The notes beneath the pieces were generated by a model. The model had not been told where the DNA came from and did not search any database. It was given only the letters and a program-made list of their open reading frames with translations. Source: a bacterium (GTDB taxonomy: Bacteria > Patescibacteriota > Microgenomatia > UBA1400 > UBA12108). Taken from it: a DNA stretch of 64,000 nucleotides. Within the stretch, counting starts at the first letter, position 1, and every line of letters starts with the position of its first letter. The DNA lies in the NCBI GenBank assembly GCA_021788365.1, contig JAJYKS010000001.1:3887-67886 (forward strand), in the 5' to 3' direction. The translations under genes and the position numbers were made by a program. Shown here in pieces: positions 29,574 to 36,929 of this stretch.

Positions 29574-30350
29574 TTAGCTAACCTTTTGCAAGGAATACCA
29601 TGTATACGACAAAGAGCGCGAGGAATGCGAATGCGAAGCGGTATGGGACGACCTTACCTCTTGACTAAAGACGCTTGTCAAAAGTTCGGGGAGTGATGTA
29701 GCTACCGCTGTTAGTGAGAGGCCGAGAACGGTAGTGGTAACGCTCAGCGACGTGGAAAGACCTTCCGTCGCGTTTACCGTCATAATGCCACCCACAACCA
29801 CCCCAATCACCGATCCCAAGAGCTCCAAAATACTCATAAACCCGTCATTCATTTTTTTCACTTTGCGAAAACGAAAATAGTCCTCGAATGATCTACCTGT
29901 AACCCCCCAGCGATACTCCAGGTAGGTAACCAGTACGGCTATAGAGAGTAGTAGCATACCGCTCCCAAACGGTGCGGGGCGCGGGGCGTAGAGCACAAGA
30001 AAACCGACGGTTACCCCGAGTAGTACCAAGACAGTTCGTTGCGTCTTGGTAGTACCTATGCGGAGTTTTCCCGCGAGGACGGCTGCGGGAAGCACGAGCG
30101 CGATGTTCACAACGTTAGATCCCACAATATTGGCTACAGCAAGGTTTACGTCGTGCTCGGCAATCGCGACTAGCGATACAACAAGCTCAGGTATGGAAGT
30201 ACCGATCGCAACTAGTGTAGAACCGATGACGAGGGGCGAGATACGAATGCCGCTACTAACTCGCTCTACCCATCGCACGAAGAAACGGGTGGAAACGAGG
30301 AGGATAGTGATACCGATTGCAAACTGGATCGCCGACGAAAGGATGGGCAT
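29574..30350 (-). CDS. CaCA-family Na+/Ca2+ exchanger (YrbG-like), apparently 3'-truncated or frameshifted (possible pseudogene)
   Basis: Alpha-1 repeat 'GTSIPELVVSLVAIAEHDVNLAVANIVGSNVVN' is intact. Alpha-2 starts 'ATSLPELLTSV' but the GNxxGSN part is missing and the tail (FSQEVRSSHTASHSHSS...) is non-membrane-like. An alternative frame encodes the hydrophobic 'VVPYRFAFAFLALFVVYMVFLAKG'. Confidence 0.6.
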   Translation of the reverse strand: MPILSSAIQFAIGITILLVSTRFFVRWVERVSSGIRISPLVIGSTLVAIGTSIPELVVSLVAIAEHDVNLAVANIVGSNVVNIALVLPAAVLAGKLRIGTTKTQRTVLVLLGVTVGFLVLYAPRPAPFGSGMLLLSIAVLVTYLEYRWGVTGRSFEDYFRFRKVKKMNDGFMSILELLGSVIGVVVGGIMTVNATEGLSTSLSVTTTVLGLSLTAVATSLPELLTSVFSQEVRSSHTASHSHSSRSLSYTWYSLQKVS

Positions 30351-30359
30351 AGTGCTAGT

Positions 30360-30695
30360 TTAGCGCGTTTTAACGTACTTTTGATGCATTTCTTCAACAC
30401 GTGCGACGATTGCTTGCTTCACATCTATTCCGAGCGCAAGGCCGAGAAGAATGAGCGAGTTGAAAACGTCGCCAAGCTCTTTTTCTATATTACTCTTATC
30501 GTGTCCTTCGTATTTTTCTGGCCGTTGCAAACCGAGTTTGAGAAGTACTTCCTCCATGAGCTCACCCACTTCTTCGTTGAGCTTTGTGGAACGAGCGAGA
30601 ATAACTTTTTCATTATCGCTTTCCAAATCTGGATGTATTTTTTTGAGCGCTTCTTCTATTTCCGCAAGCTGGCTAATAAGTTCATCGAGTTTCAT
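30360..30695 (-). CDS. MazG-like nucleotide pyrophosphohydrolase
   Basis: Likely start MKLDEL at 30695. All-alpha with 'EEVGELMEE' and 'EKELGDV' EExxE-type metal-binding motifs. Confidence 0.55.
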   Translation of the reverse strand: MKLDELISQLAEIEEALKKIHPDLESDNEKVILARSTKLNEEVGELMEEVLLKLGLQRPEKYEGHDKSNIEKELGDVFNSLILLGLALGIDVKQAIVARVEEMHQKYVKTR

Positions 30696-31230
30696 GTTTA
30701 CTCTTTCTGTACAGAGCATAGAGCAAGTACACGCTCATGGTGTAGCCACAATTTGCCGTACCTGCTTCTATCATGGATGGTAAGGCTGTTAGTTTTATTT
30801 TTTGTACTTCCATGTCGCTTTCCGTTTTTTCTCGATGGGCTGTGCCTACCGTAAAATCGGTAGCGAGGTATACGTGCATGTGGGCCGATGTCATTCCCGG
30901 ATCAGGCTTGAATGTGCCGAGTTTTACGAGCGTAGCGTGGGTGATGCCCGTTTCTTCTTCCAGCTCTTGCCGAGCTGCCTGTTCTGCAGATTGGCCTTTT
31001 TCTACACCCCCCATGGGAAATTGCCATATAGATTCGTGTATGGGATAGCGATATTGTCGTACCATGTAGACGCTGTCGCCAACTACCGGTAATATCGCAA
31101 CGCCATCTCTATTTGTTTTTGTGACGTACACTTGTTCCCACCGCGTACCGTTGAGCTCAACTTCGTCTACCATAATTTCGGCGTGAGGGTTCTTGTACAC
31201 TGAGCGGGTGGATATGAGCTTTGGCGGCAT
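30682..31230 (-). CDS. NUDIX hydrolase (ADP-ribose pyrophosphatase-like)
   Basis: 182 aa. Nudix box 'GGVEKGQSAEQAARQELEEETGI'. Confidence 0.7.
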   Translation of the reverse strand: MPPKLISTRSVYKNPHAEIMVDEVELNGTRWEQVYVTKTNRDGVAILPVVGDSVYMVRQYRYPIHESIWQFPMGGVEKGQSAEQAARQELEEETGITHATLVKLGTFKPDPGMTSAHMHVYLATDFTVGTAHREKTESDMEVQKIKLTALPSMIEAGTANCGYTMSVYLLYALYRKSKHETR

Positions 31231-31244
31231 GCGGTTATTTTACT

Positions 31245-31859
31245 CTATCGATTGTCGAGCGTGTGCCAGAGCGCAATGCTCCCATATGACTTATACGGGG
31301 ACCAGTGGTCAACGATTCGCTTTATTTGTTTGTCGGTAGGTTTGTCTTTGCCGTATAGTTTGCCAAAACCTTTACGAAGGCCGAGGTCTCCATACGAAAA
31401 AACGTTTTCTCGCTGGAGGGTAAAGAGCAAAAACATTTCGGCTGTCCAGCGGCCGATGCCCTTTACCTTCGTAAGTTCGGCGATTACGCTTTCGTCGTCC
31501 AATTCCTCGAGATTTGTGAGCACTACCTCGCGCGAAATGACCTTTGTCGCGAGGTCTTTTATATACATTACTTTGGCCCAGGAAAGTCCGACATCACGTA
31601 GTGACTGGTCGGGGACGGAGAGGACTGACTCCGGCGTTACTTTAGTGCCGATTAGGTTCTCGAAGCGGGTAAAAATAGCGGTCGCGGCGGCACCGGCAAG
31701 CTGCTGAGAGACGATCTCACGAGTGAGATTGTAGAAATGGTCAGATACTGGTCGCTCCTCCACCCAATCGCTCAGATTGACTATTGCGAGCACAGCGGCA
31801 ATTTTGGGGTCGTATTTCTCAAAATGTGCGTGGACTATGGAAAATGGAGTACGTGACAT
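31245..31859 (-). CDS. HhH-GPD DNA glycosylase (AlkA / 3-methyladenine glycosylase II-like)
   Basis: 204 aa. Helix-hairpin-helix 'LTKVKGIGRWTAEMFL' followed by a catalytic Asp region. Confidence 0.7.
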   Translation of the reverse strand: MSRTPFSIVHAHFEKYDPKIAAVLAIVNLSDWVEERPVSDHFYNLTREIVSQQLAGAAATAIFTRFENLIGTKVTPESVLSVPDQSLRDVGLSWAKVMYIKDLATKVISREVVLTNLEELDDESVIAELTKVKGIGRWTAEMFLLFTLQRENVFSYGDLGLRKGFGKLYGKDKPTDKQIKRIVDHWSPYKSYGSIALWHTLDNR

Positions 31860-31871
31860 AGCTACTCCGTT

Positions 31872-32831
31872 CTAATAGTCCGTCGTGAGCGTGAGGTGAT
31901 ATGGCTCATCTCGTGCTGTTTTCTTCTGGCTTTGCACCCACAATATGCCATCTATCGTCATGGCATTTGTTTGGATGCCTCTTTCCTGGAGTTTTTCAAC
32001 AATGAGATGAATCGCCCAGAGCATGCCGGCACGTATTTCTATCTCCGCCGTGGAGTCGGCTGGGAGCGTGGTGCGGGAGGCGATTATGCGAGACAGCTCC
32101 TCGTCGTACTTAAGTATGCCGAGCTTATGCAGCTGCCAGGGTATCTTGTAGTCTGCTTCACCGATAAGGTCATCTACCCCCGTGATGGCACCGTACGGTG
32201 TATCACCAAATCCAACCGAAAGGTCGTGAACTAACAGTTGTGCTTTCTTGTAAAAGGGAATTGTTTTCCCTTTGTAATGTGAAATATCGTTGAACGTTGG
32301 AAATGTGTCGGCGAGTGCGAGCGTGAGACGCGTTGCGTCACGCGGAGATGTGGCAAGAAAATTGTGAACACAACCATCGTAGTTGTCGGTCAATATCTTG
32401 CCGATTTGGCGAAGTGCTGCAATTCTCTCCTCAAATAGTGGAATTTGTGGAGTGCCGGCGAAAAGTATTCCTCCGTCTTTACTTGTGAGATTTGCGAGAT
32501 ATTTACCATCTGTAAACGGAACACCTGATTCTAGTGCTCGCTGCACTGCCGCCAGAAGGCCCCACCAACCATCAATTTTTTCTCCCTGATATTCAGTCGT
32601 CCATTTTGCTGGATAGCCCCAGAAACAAAAAGCCATGGCATCGGACAAGAACCAGCGTGCAACTTCGTCTTCCCTCTGCGGCAGCGGGTGATACGCAAAG
32701 GGACACGCTTTCATCCAGTGGTCGAGCGAAATCGGTGTGAAATCGGTAGCGTAGCGTTCAAGGGCCGCCTCATCTACAGTTACATGGTCGGAGTGGGTAA
32801 CAACATGGTGGATGGCGTCTATCCAGTTCAT
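31872..32831 (-). CDS. Conserved hypothetical protein, possibly DUF2419 / queuosine-salvage (QNG1-like) family
   Basis: 319 aa soluble protein. The assignment rests only on overall resemblance (N-terminal 'VTVDEAALERYA', 'AMAFCFWGYP'). The function is uncertain. Confidence 0.5.
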   Translation of the reverse strand: MNWIDAIHHVVTHSDHVTVDEAALERYATDFTPISLDHWMKACPFAYHPLPQREDEVARWFLSDAMAFCFWGYPAKWTTEYQGEKIDGWWGLLAAVQRALESGVPFTDGKYLANLTSKDGGILFAGTPQIPLFEERIAALRQIGKILTDNYDGCVHNFLATSPRDATRLTLALADTFPTFNDISHYKGKTIPFYKKAQLLVHDLSVGFGDTPYGAITGVDDLIGEADYKIPWQLHKLGILKYDEELSRIIASRTTLPADSTAEIEIRAGMLWAIHLIVEKLQERGIQTNAMTIDGILWVQSQKKTARDEPYHLTLTTDY

Positions 32832-33967
32832 TTGAGATACCTCTTCCCCTTTAGTTTTTCTGGCAAGTAGCTTGTTTCATCGTATTTTTTATACCCCTTA
32901 CCGTATCCGAGGTTTTTCATAAGGCGAGTTGGGGCGTTTCTGATGTGCAGCGGAATCTCGAGGTTACCATATTTTTTAACATCTTCGAGCGCAGTCATAA
33001 AAGCGTCATAGGCGGAACGATCTTTTTTGGCGAGGGCGAGATAAACAGCACCATGAGCCAAGTTCTCCTGACACTCGGGGTACCCAATGGTCTCCACCGC
33101 ACGGAATACTGCGTTGGCAACGACCAGCGCAGTTGGCTGAGCGAGGCCAATGTCCTCTGAGGCAAATATCACCATACGGCGGGCAATAAATACCGGATCC
33201 TCTCCTGCTGCGACCATGCGCGCGAGGTAGTAGAGGGCTGCGTCTGGCTGACTAGCCCGCATACTTTTTATGAATGCCGAAATAGTGTCGTAGTGTTCGT
33301 CACCAGCCTGATCATAGCGCAAGTAGGGTGATTGTAGTGTGGCAACTAGCGCGTCTTTGGTGATTTTTTTATAGAGTCCGGCGGTAGCTTCCAAAACGTT
33401 TAGGGCTTTTCGGGCGTCGCCTGAGGCGTACGTCACCAAAAATTCACGAGCTGCTTTGTCTATTTTTACCTTTACGGCAGCAGCACCTTCGTCTATGACT
33501 TTTCCAAGATGTTCCTCTGACAACCCTTTCAGCACGTACACGTGACAGCGTGATTGCAAGGGACCAATAACCTCAAAACTGGGATTCTCGGTGGTCGCGC
33601 CAATGAGTGTAAGTACCCCTGACTCGACATAGGGTAAGAGAAAATCTTGTTGGGCCTTGTTGAACCGGTGTATTTCGTCGAGAAAGAGTACCGTGCGATG
33701 CGTGGGGTCAGCGTGCTCCACTATCGTTTTAACGTCTTCTTTTTTTGCCGATACTGCGGATAGGTAGTGGAAGTCGGCACCCACCGAGCTCGCGATTATC
33801 CTGGCAAGTGTTGTCTTCCCGCACCCTGGTGGTCCCCACAATATCATTGAGTGGATATCCCCCTCCTCCACCATGCGGCGGATGGGAGCGTGCTCCCCCA
33901 CCAAATGTTCTTGACCAATATAGGCAGCGAGCGATGTGGGCCGAAGGCGATCCGCTAAGGGTTGCAT
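32828..33967 (-). CDS. rarA: Replication-associated recombination protein A (AAA+ ATPase)
   Basis: 379 aa. 'LADRLRPTSLAAYIGQEHLVG...MILWGPPGCGKTTLARIIA' Walker A and the MgsA/RarA C-terminal domains. Confidence 0.85.
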   Translation of the reverse strand: MQPLADRLRPTSLAAYIGQEHLVGEHAPIRRMVEEGDIHSMILWGPPGCGKTTLARIIASSVGADFHYLSAVSAKKEDVKTIVEHADPTHRTVLFLDEIHRFNKAQQDFLLPYVESGVLTLIGATTENPSFEVIGPLQSRCHVYVLKGLSEEHLGKVIDEGAAAVKVKIDKAAREFLVTYASGDARKALNVLEATAGLYKKITKDALVATLQSPYLRYDQAGDEHYDTISAFIKSMRASQPDAALYYLARMVAAGEDPVFIARRMVIFASEDIGLAQPTALVVANAVFRAVETIGYPECQENLAHGAVYLALAKKDRSAYDAFMTALEDVKKYGNLEIPLHIRNAPTRLMKNLGYGKGYKKYDETSYLPEKLKGKRYLK

Positions 33968-34005
33968 ACCACTAGTTTCGTCTATTATTCGGTAAATTGC
34001 AAGCT

Positions 34006-34785
34006 TTATACTTCGGGGATAGCGTTGCCGGCAACGACTGATTTATATTTTGTCCCGAGTCGTTTTTGTGCCCAGAAGCGGCTACTGCGAAATAGCGAAT
34101 GAAACGTCCCGGCGTCTGACCAAAAACCCTTGAGTTCTTGCCACATCAACTGATTTTTCCGGAGATACCAGTTGTTTACGTCGGTAATCTCAAGTTCCCC
34201 GCGGCCGGATGGTTTTAGGGTACGGATGACGTCGTAAACTTGCGCATCATAAAAATAAAGTCCGGTAACGGCATAGGGAGAGGTCGCTTTCTTTGGCTTT
34301 TCTACGATTTCTACGATTTTTTCTGGATTATTTTTGTCGAACACTGGGTTGCCGAAACGCTCGGGGTCTATCACTTTTTTCAGAAATACCATTGCTCCCT
34401 CACCAGCCTGTGTGTAGTGCTGGACAGCACCAGAGATATCGGCGTCCGTGGTGTTGTCTCCTAAGATTACCGCTATGGGTTCGCCGTCGGAAAATGATTC
34501 CGCATATTTTAAGGCATCGGCGATGCCAACCGATCCCCCCTCTTGGAAAGCGTACTCAACATGCGTGAGTCCCAAGTCCTTGCCGTTTTTGATCACATTG
34601 ATAAAGTCGCCAGCGTGAATGTCACCTGTTACAACCATGACTTCGGTGATACCGGCGTTGACGAGTGTTTGGATGGGGTAGTACACCATGGGCTGGTCAT
34701 AGACTGGTAGCAAATGTTTGTTTGTCGCGTAGGTCAATGGATATAGCCTCGTCCCTTTTCCACCTGCCAATACTACACCCTTCAT
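34006..34785 (-). CDS. rmlA: Glucose-1-phosphate thymidylyltransferase
   Basis: The ORF track starts at a GTG. ATG at 34785 gives 'MKGVVLAGGKGTRLYPLTYATNKHLLPVYDQPMVYYPI', a canonical RmlA. Confidence 0.85.
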   Translation of the reverse strand: MKGVVLAGGKGTRLYPLTYATNKHLLPVYDQPMVYYPIQTLVNAGITEVMVVTGDIHAGDFINVIKNGKDLGLTHVEYAFQEGGSVGIADALKYAESFSDGEPIAVILGDNTTDADISGAVQHYTQAGEGAMVFLKKVIDPERFGNPVFDKNNPEKIVEIVEKPKKATSPYAVTGLYFYDAQVYDVIRTLKPSGRGELEITDVNNWYLRKNQLMWQELKGFWSDAGTFHSLFRSSRFWAQKRLGTKYKSVVAGNAIPEV

Positions 34786-34804
34786 ACCCACACTCCTTTC
34801 ATAC

Positions 34805-35062
34805 TTATACGAGCAGCGTACTCACTATGACCACTGCTAGGGCAGCAACAAGGAAATATTCTAACACAACCTTGCTGTGTAATGACCGCGTGTGGTAGTG
34901 ATGCCATACCCCCCAGGCAAAATATGTCGTTGCGAAAACGGCGGTGGCAATAATGATATATATAGACTCTGTTTGATACTTTAGCACATAGAAAACATAT
35001 ACCGCGGCTCCTAGTGCAAGTACGCTGTAATCTGTCTTATATCTTCGAATGTCAATAAACAT
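34805..35062 (-). CDS. Small membrane protein, hypothetical
   Basis: 85 aa with two predicted transmembrane helices. Compact spacing between rmlA and the CAP-domain gene. Confidence 0.35.
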   Translation of the reverse strand: MFIDIRRYKTDYSVLALGAAVYVFYVLKYQTESIYIIIATAVFATTYFAWGVWHHYHTRSLHSKVVLEYFLVAALAVVIVSTLLV

Positions 35063-35065
35063 AGA

Positions 35066-36001
35066 CTAGAGTATCCTTCCTGCGTTTATGATTGTCGTGA
35101 CCAAGAGGATCACGTTGATAAACACGATGTGCGCCCAGTTCTTCCCAACCCGGCGAGAGAATTTTTGCGACTCGGCTATTGCCAAGTCTAGGACTAGCGC
35201 AAGGATAAACAGTGCGGTTGTTGCCAGATTGACAATCCGCTGTACCGAGAAGGTATTGTACTGCGAAACGAATTGTGGAGTGGTGTGTGTTGCCGTCTGC
35301 TGCACCTCGGCTATTACCGGTAATGCGGGGGTGGGCGCGGGTGTTGCGGCGGCTGGGACAGGGCTCGCTGCGGCGCCCGCTACCCGCGGAGCGGCGGAAC
35401 TTTCGCCACGTGGCGCAACTGATCCGCCCGCGGTTGTCCCAAATTCTTGCACCACGAGCACCGTGTCTGCTCCAAGGAGCGACCCGGGGGAGACGGCGAT
35501 GCCGATATCGGTGTAGTGGGTATTTAATATATTGTCCCGATGAGTGGGCGAGGCCATCCAGGCATCCATAAGCCGGTTGGTGTTTCCAAAGTCTTTGGCC
35601 AAGTTTTCACCAGCGTAGGTGTAGTTGTACCCAACTGCCTGGAACCAGTGCCATGGTGTCAAACCAGATGGTGAGTTGTGGGCCCAATAGTTCTCGGCAA
35701 ACATGTCGGCGGCTTTTCGCCGAGCAGCGTCTGATAACTTACTGCTCAGTGAGAGTGGGCCGAGTCCGTTTGCCGCGCGCTCTTGGTTTGTCGCGGACAA
35801 CACCTCGTCTACTGTCACCGATGAAGTAAACCCAAGAATGTGCAAGCTCGACCGGTCGAGGAGGCGGATAAAAAGGCTACTGCCTATGACAATACCGATA
35901 ACAAAAAAGATGCCTGAGTTATGGAGGAGGCGCGCGCGGAAATTGTTCGTATGGTGAGGGGCAAACCAATGATGAACGGCTCGGGCAATGCGGGCAAACA
36001 T
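35066..36001 (-). CDS. CAP/SCP/PR1-like domain protein (YkwD-like) with N-terminal membrane anchor and C-terminal transmembrane segments
   Basis: 311 aa. 'YWAHNSPSG...YAGENLA...ASPTHRDNILNTHYTDIGIAV' are CAP-domain signatures. Ala/Pro-rich linker. Confidence 0.6.
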   Translation of the reverse strand: MFARIARAVHHWFAPHHTNNFRARLLHNSGIFFVIGIVIGSSLFIRLLDRSSLHILGFTSSVTVDEVLSATNQERAANGLGPLSLSSKLSDAARRKAADMFAENYWAHNSPSGLTPWHWFQAVGYNYTYAGENLAKDFGNTNRLMDAWMASPTHRDNILNTHYTDIGIAVSPGSLLGADTVLVVQEFGTTAGGSVAPRGESSAAPRVAGAAASPVPAAATPAPTPALPVIAEVQQTATHTTPQFVSQYNTFSVQRIVNLATTALFILALVLDLAIAESQKFSRRVGKNWAHIVFINVILLVTTIINAGRIL

Positions 36002-36097
36002 ACCTCCATTATGCGAGGTTGTGTGGCGCGGCGCAAGTTTTTAAAATTCTATCTATATGATGCATTATTTCTATATACTGTAATATAGTCTGTACAG

Positions 36098-36126
36098 TTG
36101 ACTAGCCCTACGGCAACTACTATATT
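36098..36126 (+). promoter_or_regulatory. Sigma70-like promoter candidate for the secreted repeat-protein operon
   Basis: TTGACT (36098-36103), 17 nt spacer, TATATT (36121-36126). Strong SD AAAGGAGGTG lies 8 nt upstream of ATG 36295. Confidence 0.35.
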
Positions 36127-36294
36127 GAAACTGTATGCTACCGAAAATTGTTTGTAATCCTAGAGGGTGGCCATGCAAGGACTTATAAGTAGTTTTGAAG
36201 AGTGTATTCTCTCTGCCGTAAAGATCCCCGCCGTGAGCGGGTTTTTTGTAGCCGTTTATCTGTTTGAAGCATAGAGAAAGGAGGTGAAAACAAT

Positions 36295-36858
36295 ATGATT
36301 ATGCAAAAAATTTTGGCTGTGGCTGCGGCGGGTGGCATGATGCTGTCCCTTGCAGGAGCGGCAGGAGCGACTTCCTGCTTTGGGTGGTGGTGCCCAAGTC
36401 CCACACCTACTCCGACGAGCTCGATTACCATCAAAAACGAAGACGTAAAAGTCATCGCTGAGGTGCGCGCAGTTTCGAAGACGGGTGGTAATACCCAAAC
36501 GGTGACTGGAAGCGTCACACCGACCATGTCGTGGTGGGGATGGACAACGCCCAGCACAACGGTAAGCCAGAGTATGACCACTGGGCCAGCGGCGACACAG
36601 GCGTTGGTTGATAAAGTCCAGGTGGGTACGGCACTCTTACCAAGTTGCGGCTGCACGAACCCAATGGACGTATCGGTCACAAACGAAGATATGTTTGTGA
36701 AAGCCGAGTCCTCGGCGCTCAGCATGACCGGCGGTAGTACCCAAATGGTCGCGCCTATGGCAACCATGACCTCGCAGGCTATGGTGACCGGGGCGACCTC
36801 GTCGCTGTCGGGTGTGAATCTGGTTTCTGTCGGATACACCGATTTTAGCGTCAACTGA
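36295..36858 (+). CDS. Secreted small repeat protein (signal peptide; SKTGGNTQTV / SMTGGSTQMV repeats)
   Basis: 187 aa. Signal peptide MIMQKILAVAAAGGMMLSLAGAAGA. Two copies of the motif that recurs four or more times in the following gene. Strong RBS. Confidence 0.6.
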   Translation: MIMQKILAVAAAGGMMLSLAGAAGATSCFGWWCPSPTPTPTSSITIKNEDVKVIAEVRAVSKTGGNTQTVTGSVTPTMSWWGWTTPSTTVSQSMTTGPAATQALVDKVQVGTALLPSCGCTNPMDVSVTNEDMFVKAESSALSMTGGSTQMVAPMATMTSQAMVTGATSSLSGVNLVSVGYTDFSVN

Positions 36859-36929
36859 GATCGTCTCCAGGCATAGGGGGTGAGAGGCGAGGGCTTCCGC
36901 CCCTTTCCTGGAAGGAAAGGATACGGCAA

